Source: Podarcis melisellensis
Taxonomy: Eukaryota
Assembly (NCBI GenBank): GCA_964234715.1
Contig: OZ174275.1
Length of the DNA stretch: 64,000 nucleotides
Reading direction: 5' to 3' (one strand)
In this document: in pieces, positions 51,601 through 61,889 of the stretch
How the letters are laid out: each line of letters opens with the position of its first letter
How positions within the stretch are numbered: the first letter of the stretch is position 1
Notes under the pieces: model-generated
What the model was told of the DNA's origin: nothing
Database searches by the model: none
Seen by the model: the letters and a program-made list of their open reading frames with translations, nothing else
Program-made: the position numbers and the translations under genes

Positions 51601-54600
51601 AATGAGGCACAGTGGTAGTCCACATTCTGCAAGCAATGGGGCAGTTGTCAGTTTGGTTGGGTAAAACTGAGATAAGACTGACTCAGGAGGCAGGGTGAAG
51701 GCTGGGAGGAGTTCTTAGAAGGTAGGTAAGCTTAGATGCTGGGACATCAGAGGCAAGATGGATGAAGAGAGCGTGCAGAAGTAAGAAGCAGGAAAAGTGC
51801 ACATACAATTGAAGTAGCAAGGATCCAGTAAGATTACGGTCCCTGAAAAAACCCACAGCATTTCTTATTAAAAGTGGTGTGACAGAAGTGCTAGGGAAGC
51901 TTGCACGTGACGTTTTGTGCTCTTAAACCAGCCTGCCTCCAAAGATAAAGATAGGAAGGTCCAAATGATCCTAGGTCAGTTGACACACAGACAGTGCCCT
52001 CATTCTCTGCACGATGTTTTCCTCTTTCAATCCACAAAACACTGATTTCAGCCTGCAAGGAGTGGGCAATGGCATATGTAGGAATGCTAACTTAGGGTGT
52101 TTCTTCCCTGCCCCCTGCAGGTGCTGATCTCTACGCCAATGCTATGGCTGTTGGCAACACAGAGATCTTCCAGGTGCTGTTTGATGACACCACAAAGAAG
52201 GTCTGCTTCCGCAGCCACAGCGGCGCATATATGTCCTTGGTGAGTGTGCCTGCCACGCGTTACGAGGAACAGCAGTGATCAGGCAGGACCTAACTATGTT
52301 TCCTAACTACGGAGAAGGACGGCAGCTCGTAGGTGGTAGAGCACCTGCTTTGCATGCAGAAAACCCCAGGCTTTTTTCAGCCACAGCCACTCATTCCAGT
52401 CTTGTCCCCAACCTCCTTCCGACTATATTCTACAATGAGCAACACTGAGACTAAGGAGGGAGGAAGCTGACAGGCAGTCCCACCCCACGACTGGTTGTGA
52501 GAATGTGGGGACTGATCAAAGGCAGAGTGAGGATGGTAGGGCAGGGCCCCTTTTGCCCAAGTGGATCAGCCTCCACTGGATACATCTGTGCCCAGATTGT
52601 GGTGCACCAACTCAATCTGGAATTCTTTTAAATGTGAGCAAGGAGGTGGGTGAGCTGCATCCTCGACACTTGGCTGCGAGCATTCACAAAAATTGTGGCC
52701 TGGTTCAAAAAACAAAACGACTTAAGCTTGAAACTTGATGTAGTAGAGGCTTTGCCACCTCAGGTGCTCACCAACACTCCCCAGATGAAGAAGATATATC
52801 TGCGCCGTGTGTGTATTAATACAGAAAGGCAGGCTGCAAATCAAGAGGATAATAATATAGCAAGCAGGGAACTGATAAAAGGAGGCTTGTTAAATAGCAG
52901 TAGATAGCTCTTGGTCCTGGACTTGTTTGTTAATGTTAGTAAGGACTGTCTCAGTCCTTTTCCAAAACATTTTTGTCAACTTTAGTGTGTGGGGGGGGGG
53001 AGTTACTCTATTCTACAAAGCAAAGCAGGGCATTATACACAATCCTCCTTGTGGAAAAGTGAAAAATTGTTTTTTGTACACTGAGGATGGAGAACCTGTG
53101 GCTCTTGAGTTGTTGTACTCAAATGCCTATTGTCCTTGATCATTGGCTGGCAGTTATTACTCCAACATCTTCAGGGCCTCAGGTTTCTCATCCCTGCCAC
53201 AGATGAAATATGTAAGAGTGCAGTAGGAATGCACAACTTCCTGAACAACCTCTTAAGAGAAAGCTAACTGCTTAAGCCTGGAGGGCTGGAGACATCTTTT
53301 TCAGGTCTGCTATTCACTTACCTGGGAGTAAAAAAAGATGATCTTCTGGCTGCATTGTTGTTCATGGTGTGCACATACACTATCTGCTATGGACCATGGT
53401 CAGAAATTTTACAGACTTTTGTTGTGCTTCAAAACTTATACTGTCTACATCTAACATACCATTTAGAAATCTTAATAGTTTGGCTTCAGTCTGGGCTATG
53501 GTTCACATAGTGCAACTTGAAGTGTGAAGTCAACAAGAAAGTGGCTTTGAATAAATCCAAGGTCCACCACCATCCCTATCTTGCTGATGCTAGAAACCCT
53601 CCACTTTTGGAGGTAACTACTGCTGGATGCGGGTGGCGCTGTCGGTTAAACCACAGAGCCTAGGACTTGCTGATCAGAAGGTCGGCGGTTTGAATCCCCA
53701 CGATGAGGTGAGCTCCCGTTGCTCGGTCCCTGCTCCTGCCAACCTAGCAGTTCAAAAGCATGTCAAAGTGCAAGTAGATAAATAGGTACCGCTCCGGCGG
53801 GAAGGTAAACAGCGTTTCCGTGCGCTGCTCTGATTCGCCAGAAGCGGCTTAGTCATGCTGGCCACATGACTGGGAAGCTGTACGCCGGCTCCCTTGGCCA
53901 ATAAAGTGAGATGAGCGCCGCAACCCCAGAGTCTGTCATGACTGGACCTAATGGTCAGGGGTCCCTTTACCTTTACTGCTGGACTAACCTCCCTGGTATT
54001 GAGATGCTCATGCATTGCTGTACTCTTGTGTTGCATCACCCACCACAATGGGATTCTCAGTCTTGATGCAGCACCCAATACCTTCCACTGAAAATATATC
54101 AACATGGATCTCAGAATGTAGCTGATAAAGGGACTGCAGCAGGAGGTTTCTATCAGACAAAGTTAGCTGAAAGCACAAAAAGCACTTTCCAACGAATGCA
54201 TCCTGTCTTTTGCAGGGTCCTAATGACTGTATTAACAGCAATACTAAACAGGACAGGAATGTCTGGTTCGACATCCAGTACCAAGACCAAAAGGTGTGTC
54301 TCCGCATAGCAGACAAGCAAGTGTCCATGCGGCCCAATGGACAGCTCCTGGCAATTCCCAAAGCTGCAGGTACAAGTTGGTAGAGAGCTTCTCTTAGGGT
54401 GGGAAGAGAGACTGCACACTGCACACTGCCAGCTGAAAATTAGTTTTAGGTAGTTCTAGGGGAAAGGGAAAGGGAAGCGACAGCCTTGCCCTAAGTTCCT
54501 AGATAGCCTTCTAGAGGAATAATGTGGGGAAAGTGTATGCACAGAAACCAAGCTGTCCCTGGATATAAAATTGGAACATGGGGAGCCAACCTTAAGCTCA

Positions 54601-56247
54601 TCCCATGAAATGGCTTTTTAGACACCTCAAGGGCTTCTTGTTGGAAACCAGCAACCAAAACTTTCATAATCTTGCTCCTGCAAGGTGGAATGAGTTCTGT
54701 TTACACTCCCTTCCTTACACTTTGGAGTAGCTAACATCACTACAAATACAGCCTAGATGAAAGAGAAAAAAACACCCTAAGACTCACTAAAACACTGCCC
54801 CTCTGTGCATATAATTCTGGCCCCCAGAACTGCATACCAAGTAGGTTGACACTGCTTCTGTAATATGATCTGGGAAGCAGTCAGAGAATGAGTTCCAGTT
54901 TGGGGAAAACCACCACCAGAAATAGCTGTGCAGTTGTTGTCCATAGTGGTTACTTGAATGAACTTTGGGGCAAATGTCACTGACAGTAGAAATCGGGATA
55001 AAACCCAAGGGAAGAACAGTATTTGAAGTCCAAGCCATTAAAAGCTTTCTGTGCCATAAGCAGCACCTTGAATCAAGTCAGAAAGACTAGAGGGAGACAT
55101 TGTGAATTCTGGGCCCCTGTTACAACACGCAGCCTGGCTTCTCAGTGTGGGGCGATTTCTCCTGATCTTTAGCACTGAGGTTGACTTTCCCTGGGGAGCT
55201 GATTCCCTCTTGAGAGCAAAAGGAAGGGTGGCAAAAGAGTTCTCTTTGAAAGCCAGGTGCGGCCAATGCTAAAGGTTTCCCTTGTACCTTCAGGGAAGAG
55301 TGAAGATTTCCTGCTGGTGCTGGTGAACCGGCCACTGCTTGTCCTGCACAGTGATGCCGGCTACGTGGGTCTGTGTTCTGACATGAGGAAGTTGGAAGGG
55401 AACTGCGTCAGCTATGTTGCCAGCAGCCTGTCGCTCACCGAGGAAGGCTACTACAACTTCCAAGTTGGTTAGTATGTTTCCAGGTGGGACTAAGTATATT
55501 CCAAGGGGTTGGGGTCTCCTAGTATCTGTGTTGCGAGAGAAACATGACCTACTCATAAATGGGAGCTGCCATCAAAGGATTTTTATAAAAACAAGCCTAG
55601 TTTATACGTAGCCATAAGAGGGAGCCAAAACTTGCTTTCCCAAACCAAAACAATGCAAGAGAGCGCATCATCACTATTTCCCCCCCTTTGCCATTTGTTT
55701 TGCTCCATGACCCCTGGACAATAGTTTCCTAGGCCCAATTAAGGATAAACTACTGTTCAGGTTGGATGGCCATCTGTCATGGTTGATTTAGCTGTGATTC
55801 CTGTGTTTCAGGGCGTTGGACTAGATGACCCTTGGGTCCCTTATTATTCTAGGTGTCGGTCATGTTTTCACTTTATACATGGTTTCTTTCTAAACCATAC
55901 CTAGTATTGCCATGACAAGCACATCCCAATTACCTGTGATTCTTTTACCTCGTAAAAGTCGGAGAGATCCAAGAGCTGGTCTTGCCACGCCTCTACCTTC
56001 CCTGACCCTCACCCTTCCTTCCACTAATTCTGCCACTTGACTTGCAGGCAGCAAGTACTGGGCTCTGGATAACGATGGACAAATCTTGGTAAACAGTGAC
56101 CGTCCCAGCAATTTCACCATCCAGTTTGCATCCTCCAGCTGCCTGATCATCAAAGCACCCAACAACAAGTTTTTTGTGGCTGAGCAAGGAGGCCGACTAT
56201 GGGCAGGGGCTTCAGACGCATCTGGAGCAACACTGTTCCATTTCTGA
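48361..56247 (+). CDS. Fascin-family actin-bundling protein (four beta-trefoil domains), divergent paralog, 494 aa, 7 coding exons
   Basis: Exons 48361-48666, 49441-49690, 51200-51481, 52121-52239, 54216-54369, 55294-55467, 56048-56247 (1485 nt, no stops or frameshifts, all GT-AG). Collinear with fascin: FGLVNAANRYLTAEPF, RYLAADANGKVTC, RYLGGAEDNVTCFAQ, EKWTLHLAVHP, RKRY, DRDMPWG, VALRDEEGKYL, NGQL, LVNRPLLVL, KYWALD. Confidence 0.93.
49441..49690 (+). CDS. Fascin-like exon 2
   Basis: ccctgcag|VSLQNEQSKRYLGGAED...ITIYYDFR G|gtgggt. Confidence 0.92.
51200..51481 (+). CDS. Fascin-like exon 3
   Basis: ctccag|KKYGLRNGAGKLLASNG...KFICCRP G|gtaagt. Confidence 0.92.
52121..52239 (+). CDS. Fascin-like exon 4
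   Basis: cctgcag|ADLYANAMAVGNTEIFQVLFDDTTKKVCFRSHSGAYMSL|gtgagt. Confidence 0.92.
53625..53976 (+). mobile_element. Full-length Sauria SINE
   Basis: GGATGCGGGTGGCGCTG..GGTTAAACC head, CCTTTACCTTTAC tail, flanking direct repeat TACTGCTGGA (53618-53627 and 53974-53983); in fascin-like intron 4. Confidence 0.9.
54216..54369 (+). CDS. Fascin-like exon 5
   Basis: tttgcag|GPNDCINSNTKQDRNVWFDIQYQDQKVCLRIADKQVSMRPNGQLLAIPKAA G|gtacaa. Confidence 0.9.
55294..55467 (+). CDS. Fascin-like exon 6
   Basis: cttcag|KSEDFLLVLVNRPLLVLHSDAGYVG...GYYNFQV G|gttagt. Confidence 0.9.
56048..56247 (+). CDS. Fascin-like exon 7 (coding part)
   Basis: ttgcag|SKYWALDNDGQILVNSDRPSNFTIQF...GATLFHF*. Confidence 0.92.
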
Positions 56248-56273
56248 GAGCATCTGACCTTGCTCTTCCCACC

Positions 56274-56279
56274 AATAAA
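56274..56279 (+). terminator. Proximal poly(A) signal of the fascin-like gene
   Basis: AATAAA 26 nt after the stop, followed by TTTTTTCTGTGTG. Confidence 0.65.
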
Positions 56280-56670
56280 CTTTTTCTGTGTGGGCTTACT
56301 TCATGCTTATCTCAACTGATGCCCAATTGGCCCATGTGTTGGACCTCTTGGAAATGACCCTTCCTCCGTAGATCCTCCCTCACACAGGGCATACTTGAAC
56401 TCTAAATGAAAGCTCTGCTACCTACAGCAGACCCAAGCCAGGACCCTTTCATGTGAATTTCCTTATGCAAAAACTTTCTGTGCCTATGAGGTCCCTTCTG
56501 AACTGCCTTCATGCAGCTAGGATGATTTGCAAAGCCTCAGTTATCTTAAAGATGTGTACCTCTCTTCAGCCCAAGAGGGGTTCCCCATGCTTCTAGGAGC
56601 ACTGTTGTTCTTCCAGCGTACCAATGTTTGTCTGAAGCTCCACATAGCTACAGTAGTTTAAAAATAAATA

Positions 56671-56676
56671 TTTATT
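56671..56676 (-). terminator. Probable TMEM216 poly(A) signal (half of palindrome AATAAATATTTATT)
   Basis: Minus-strand AATAAA ~610 nt after the TMEM216 stop. Confidence 0.6.
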
Positions 56677-57283
56677 CCAAGGATGCAGTAGAAAACCAAG
56701 TATCACAAATTATCAATACACACCAATAACAACACTGATTTGGGGGGAAGCGGCACAAGGCCTGCTGCCCTTATCCCTACCCCCATTCAGGAAGAGGGCA
56801 CAGGAGGTAACACAACAATTAGGGAGGATGAGCAAGACTGCCCTCCTGAGTCACTGCACACATGCTAGAGTCTTGAGTTGTTAGAATGTACCACGCTGGG
56901 GAATTCAGAGGACACACCAGCTGCAGGCAAAGTCTGATTATTAGGTGGCATTCACTGGCCCATAGTCTTTTGACTTGCGAGAGTCAATTACCCAAGGTAC
57001 AACGTTGGAATGGATCAATCAGCGCCCTCCAGGAGGATTGCAAGCTTAGTTAGGGTGGGTGGGTCTGTCATCTCATGAAAACTGTTTCCAGACACTGGAG
57101 ACCCTGCTAATGGTGCTCTACCTGAATGAGCTTGAAATGAGAAGTTGAGCCGCCTTCTTTCAGCTTATTGGGGGAATTGGACCCACACCTCATCTTGTTC
57201 CAGCCACAGAAATGGAGGGTTCATGCAGCCTCTCTCCAATCTGAAGAGCACACGGTTCCATACATTGCAGCCCACAAAGGTTC

Positions 57284-57299
57284 TCAGTAAGAGTCCAAG
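57284..57299 (-). CDS. TMEM216: TMEM216 exon 5 (coding part)
   Basis: ctctctattttctgcag|C TTG GAC TCT TAC TGA gives ...FSSLDSY*, resembling the mammalian ...FSSMDxI* ending. Confidence 0.75.
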
Positions 57300-60200
57300 C
57301 TGCAGAAAATAGAGAGCGAAACGTGAGGATCTTAGAAACAGCGACGGCAAATACCTCAGCCTTCTTACCCAATTTACAGTGGAACAGACTGAACACCTAT
57401 TCCAAGGATGGGGAACCTGCAGCCCTCCAGATGTTGGAATCCAACTCCCACCATGGCCAATAGTCAGTGATGATTGAAGTTGTCTAGCAACATCTGGGGA
57501 GCCCATGTTCTATTCCATTGATTCCCCTGTTTGAAGAAATAATCCAACCAACATAAATATATGATAAGCCACCTGTGCAATTTAGCATTACATCATTGAG
57601 CCTGAATCAATCAGAAAAAGAACGTCAAACTTGCATGTTCTCCCACAACAGCCAAGGAGGACTTCAGCAGGATTTTATGTTCTCTATTTAATTCTACTTT
57701 TAAAGAATCCTAGCTTAGCATTATGTCTGAACTAGGAATCCTGGTTTAAAACTCTGGTAAGTGCCATAATAAATCAACTTCACACTATGGGTTATGAATT
57801 TGGCTTCTTAAACTGATCAGAGTTACAGTATACCAATTTCCAGAGAGTATAACAGAAAGGTTTGCATTCAACACAGCGCTAAGAAGAAAAATTTCTCCTT
57901 GTGCAATTGAACATTTTCCCCACCTGCATGCCCCTTAAATCTGCTCTGGGAATGGCATAGGGCACAGAAGTCCCACTGTACTAATATAATCCTTGCACTA
58001 ATGTGGATACTTGGTTGAATATTGTCCAAGGCTAAGCTAACACATTTATTACAGCTTAAGCTAGTCCATGAAAACTTATGCCATAACTAATTTGATGCTT
58101 TTTAATGTGCCACAGGACTTTTGTTGTTTTAAACCAGGATTCTTGGTTCCAACATGATGCTAAATGGGAATTTAAAAGTGAAAGTAAATCCTTCCAAGTC
58201 CTCCCAGCCATAAAGGAAGAGGATATGGGGACTCACACACGAGCCTGAAACTTCACTTAGCACTAAACCCAACATTACCAGTCAGTGTCTTAAAAAACAA
58301 AATCTAATCAATGCACATAAAAAAATATTTCCATAAAATACCATAATGGTAGGCAAGTAAAGTACCTGGAGAAGGCAGCCAGAGTGAGAACACCCAGTAA
58401 CAGCTCCACAGCATAGAAGAGGAGGAGGATAGCATTAAGGATGGCCTCCAGCCGCAGAGCATAAGTCTGCAGCAGCAGATAATAGGCTGCCATCACTGCT
58501 GCTGGAAAGGTTAAAGCCAGACTGATAGCAAGTGGCACTTTCCGTTGACAGAGGTTCCCTTTTGAGCCTGCCGTACACAGCAAATATGAAAAAGAAAATG
58601 CATAGACCTGTTCAGCATAAAAGCCACAATATTTGGAATCTGAGGGCACAAAATGAATAGTTCTACTTTTCAGGGATCAGTTCTCATTTAACTAAATAAG
58701 TTAAAAAATTGTCCAGTAGCACCTTTGAGACCAACTAAGTTTGTTCTGGGTATAAGCTTTTGTGTGCATGCACACTTCTTCAGATACACTGAAACAGAAG
58801 TCACTAGACCTTTATATAGAATGGGAGGTGGGGTGGGGTATTTCTCGGAAGGGTAGTAGGAGATGGGTGATTGGCTCAATGGGTATGGTAAACCTGTTGA
58901 CGACTGTGAACAATTTTTTATTTTTTTTTTAATTTTTTTTATTATTATTTATTTCAACTGCATCAGACCAACACAGCTATCTACCTGAATCAAGAATCAT
59001 TTAACTGAGAATAAGGTTTTGCATTTAACATTTGTACTGTAGTTCATAAGCTAGTCTCAGGTCAGGAAGGACAGTCAGACTGGATGAATGGGATCTCATA
59101 TTTCCGCCCACATAATGTTGTCTTGCCTCCTACCTACTCCCGAATTAGGGAATGTACCACAGAGCCCCTTTTTCAGCCTTTGGGCATCATTTCATTGGAG
59201 GCACCTATTCCAGTTCAGCAGAATAATTAGGAAGGCCTGGAATGATGGGAGTGAAGGCACTGTCAGCAATTTACACTCTGCTCAACTACTCTACTCTCAA
59301 ACACCTTTGCTGTTGGAGAAGCAGAATTTATCAATGAGTGAACCACAACAACAACAACAATAATAAATTTTATTCATATCCTGCCCATCTGGCTGGGTTT
59401 CCCCAGGAGTCATCTTTTCAGGTCAAGTGCCATCAAAGATGCTCACAAAATGGCAGGTGAGTGCACTACTCGTAAGAACATTTTTATTGAATACTCACCA
59501 AAAAATATCCGGGTCACTTCAATCCCAAGATAGAGAAAAAGCATAATCAGGTCCAAAGCCAAATTGGCAGAGGGGTAGGGCAACAGGAGTCCTAAGTGGG
59601 TGCAGAAATGGACATATGCATTAAGAGAACAGCAGAGCAACAAACACTGGGACATGGATGGTTCTGAAAAAGGCTGTGAACTCTCAAGCAGCTAGGTGAG
59701 AAATAAATAATTACACTATCCACTTTGTTCTTTCACTTTCTTCAGGTGAGAGCCACAAGGTAAATGCGTAAAAAAAACCTTCTGCAGGCAACCCAAACAC
59801 ATCATCCCTTCAAAGACTCACCTTTATAGACAAATATGAAAATCTCCAGCAGAAAATATGTTGCGTAATACCAGCCATTCAGGAACAGGAGAATCTCCAG
59901 AGGGGTGGAGGAGAGCTGGCGATCTAGGGGGTGAAACGAGAACATGATTATCTATGGGGTACACATTTGTTGTTCCACTCTCATCTTCTCTCAAAGAGGA
60001 GCAGTACAAACTTTCTTGAGAGACTATATAAGGGTTCATGTACAATTCATCTTGTCCCCCTGCTTTCCAGCAGAATCAGAGCCAATGGCAATTCTGGTTT
60101 TCCCAGGACTGCCATTTGTTCCAATCTATCCCAAGGTGGGTTTTCCCTCGGAAAGGAGCAGGGCAAAGGGTGTGAGTCAAGCAGAAACTGCTGCTAAGAA

Positions 60201-61007
60201 GCCAAGCAGCAATGAGAAGGTCTCAGTTCTGTTCTAAACTCAGTCAACAGAGACCGGTGCGAGGTGAAGATTGTCAAAATGGAAGCCCTGAGATGACAAC
60301 AGCCATTAGGGGACGCCAATATTTGTACTGGGTTGGACAAGGACAGAAAACACAAGCCCTGTGTGCAGCCACTCTCCATTTCCCCTTTCTTGTATTTGCA
60401 CTGGACGCTGTGAGCTCAAAATTGGGATGCTGCGGCCTCACCAGCTTAGCGTGGAACCTCAGCACATGGTCTAACATACCTCAGGCAAAGGGAAACCAAC
60501 CAGCAGCAGAGAATAAAAACCCTAACCCACCGATCTGAACCCCTTGGGAGGGTCCAAAACCCCCTATTTGGGCAGCTTTATGCTAGGAGTGGGTTGCGAA
60601 GGGGCAGCCTCCCGCAGGACGTAGTGCCGAGTCTACCACCCTCCTCTGGCAGGATGGTTTTTCTGAGGGAGCTCAGCGCGAGGGTGAGCCAAGAGGCCCC
60701 GCACCAGGCTCTGGGGACCCGCGGGCCACTCTGCCTCCTTCCCCTTCGCTCCGGCTATTCCTCCCGCCTGGGGAGCGCTTGGCGGGATGCCGTCGGATCC
60801 CCGCCGTCGCTGCCGGGCTGCAGCCGGAGCCCGGTTCCCGTCCCTGCTGCAGGGCTCGGGGTGTCCTGGGCGGCGGGACGGGCGAGCGGGGTGGGAATCA
60901 AGAAGAGCCGAGCCTTCCACGGGGATCAGTCGCGGTCACGTGACCTCGCAGCCCCCAGGACCCTAGAACGCTGCCTGCCAGGATCCCGACTTACTGCGAG
61001 GCGCCAT
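57284..61007 (-). CDS. TMEM216: Transmembrane protein 216 (ciliary transition zone), 141 aa
   Basis: Exons 60995-61007, 59822-59923, 59499-59591, 58366-58567, 57284-57299 (426 nt). MAPRNRQLSSTPLEILLFLNGWYYATYFLLEIFIFVYKGLLLPYPSANLALD...GSKGNLCQRKVPLAISLALTFP...LTLAAFSSLDSY*. Confidence 0.96.
58366..58567 (-). CDS. TMEM216: TMEM216 exon 4
   Basis: ggcag|SKGNLCQRKVPLAIS...LTLAAFS AG|gtactt. Confidence 0.96.
58710..58990. mobile_element. Penelope-like fragment with degenerate hammerhead motif
   Basis: Same family as 9098-9180; the core GAAA reads AAAA (58750-58787); inverted terminal piece ACTGCATCAGACCAACACAGCTATCTACCTGAAT at ~58957-58990. Confidence 0.65.
59499..59591 (-). CDS. TMEM216: TMEM216 exon 3
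   Basis: cttag|LLLPYPSANLALDLIMLFLYLGIEVTRIFF G|gtgagt. Confidence 0.96.
59822..59923 (-). CDS. TMEM216: TMEM216 exon 2
   Basis: ccctag|RQLSSTPLEILLFLNGWYYATYFLLEIFIFVYK G|gtgagt. Confidence 0.96.
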
Positions 61008-61470
61008 CTTCCATCGCCATGGAAACCGCTACGCAGGAAACCCACTTCCGGCGGAGCTCACGGCACGGAAGCGGGAGAGGGCGGAGTGGCGCGCAGCGTT
61101 CGCGGAGGCAGAAAGGTCTGGGTTGGCGAGGCGCGCGCTCGCTCCCTCGCTCCCAGCACGTTAGACCGAATGGACGCAGAGCAGAGCCGCTCTATCCCTC
61201 GCCTCTTTGTGCCGGAAGACCCGTTAGAAAGGCAAAAAGCTCCATGCGCTACCGGATATCAGAGCCGCGTCTCTTTGGGGCGGAGGCCCAGATTCCGAGC
61301 GGGGACGGCGTCGCCTCGTCTCCATGGTAACCCATGAATTCTACCCGCGCTTCCTCCACGCGAGTTGTGGAGGCAGGAAATAAACACAGGGGCTCCGTTC
61401 TCCCGCCTTCTGACAAGGAGCGACACCTATTTCTTTGCTTGTTATGTAACGGCCCCGTTTTTCTTCCGCC
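60600..61470. promoter_or_regulatory. CpG island / TMEM216 promoter with two RFX X-boxes
   Basis: CpG-rich. Near-palindromic X-boxes ATCGCCATGGAAAC (61013-61026) and GTCTCCATGGTAAC (61318-61331); ETS-like CACTTCCGG at ~61043. Confidence 0.85.
60995..61007 (-). CDS. TMEM216: TMEM216 exon 1 (coding part)
   Basis: AAGATGGCG start, MAPR A|gtaagt. Confidence 0.88.
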
Positions 61471-61889
61471 CTTTCCTCACACGCACATTTTTATTTTAGA
61501 TTTTACAAGCTTTTTTTCCCCGGGAAGCGGGGACAACATACACACACGCACATCATACAAAGCACCTCGGATTGCTCAGTTCACATGGCCCAAATGGCAC
61601 TTAGCTCGTATATATCCGAAAATCCACTCCCAAATCCACCATTTACCAAGTTACCCAGCATCACCTCCTGCCCTCGAAAGCTTTTTTATTATTCTGTCAA
61701 AGGCCCACAGCGTTCCACAGTTAATGCTACTGTTAGGAGTCCTGCCCCACATTTCAGAGTACAAGATTTCCTGGGTATTGCGCTTTAGGAACTCTGCCCC
61801 TCCCAGTTTATTTTTTCTGTCAATTTCATGATCTTACCCTAAACCACACACATGCCAGGCATAACATCCTTTTGTTTCCTGTATTGAAA

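Noticed and set aside
48361-56247. Fascin-like gene as a pseudogene or retrocopy, or naming it FSCN1/2/3
   Set aside because: Six canonical introns, no disabling mutation and a full-length ORF rule out a retrocopy. Sequence, introns and neighbours do not clearly match a named paralog, so no symbol was given.
57485-57526. Alternative last coding exon for TMEM216 (acceptor at 57527)
   Set aside because: It runs into a repeat fragment and gives a non-homologous tail; the 57284-57299 exon fits better.
60594-61337. 247-aa plus-strand ORF and other ORFs in the two CpG islands (also 24183-25912)
   Set aside because: Long frames are expected in GC-rich, stop-poor DNA; translations are low-complexity R/G/A/P; they overlap real promoters and exons.
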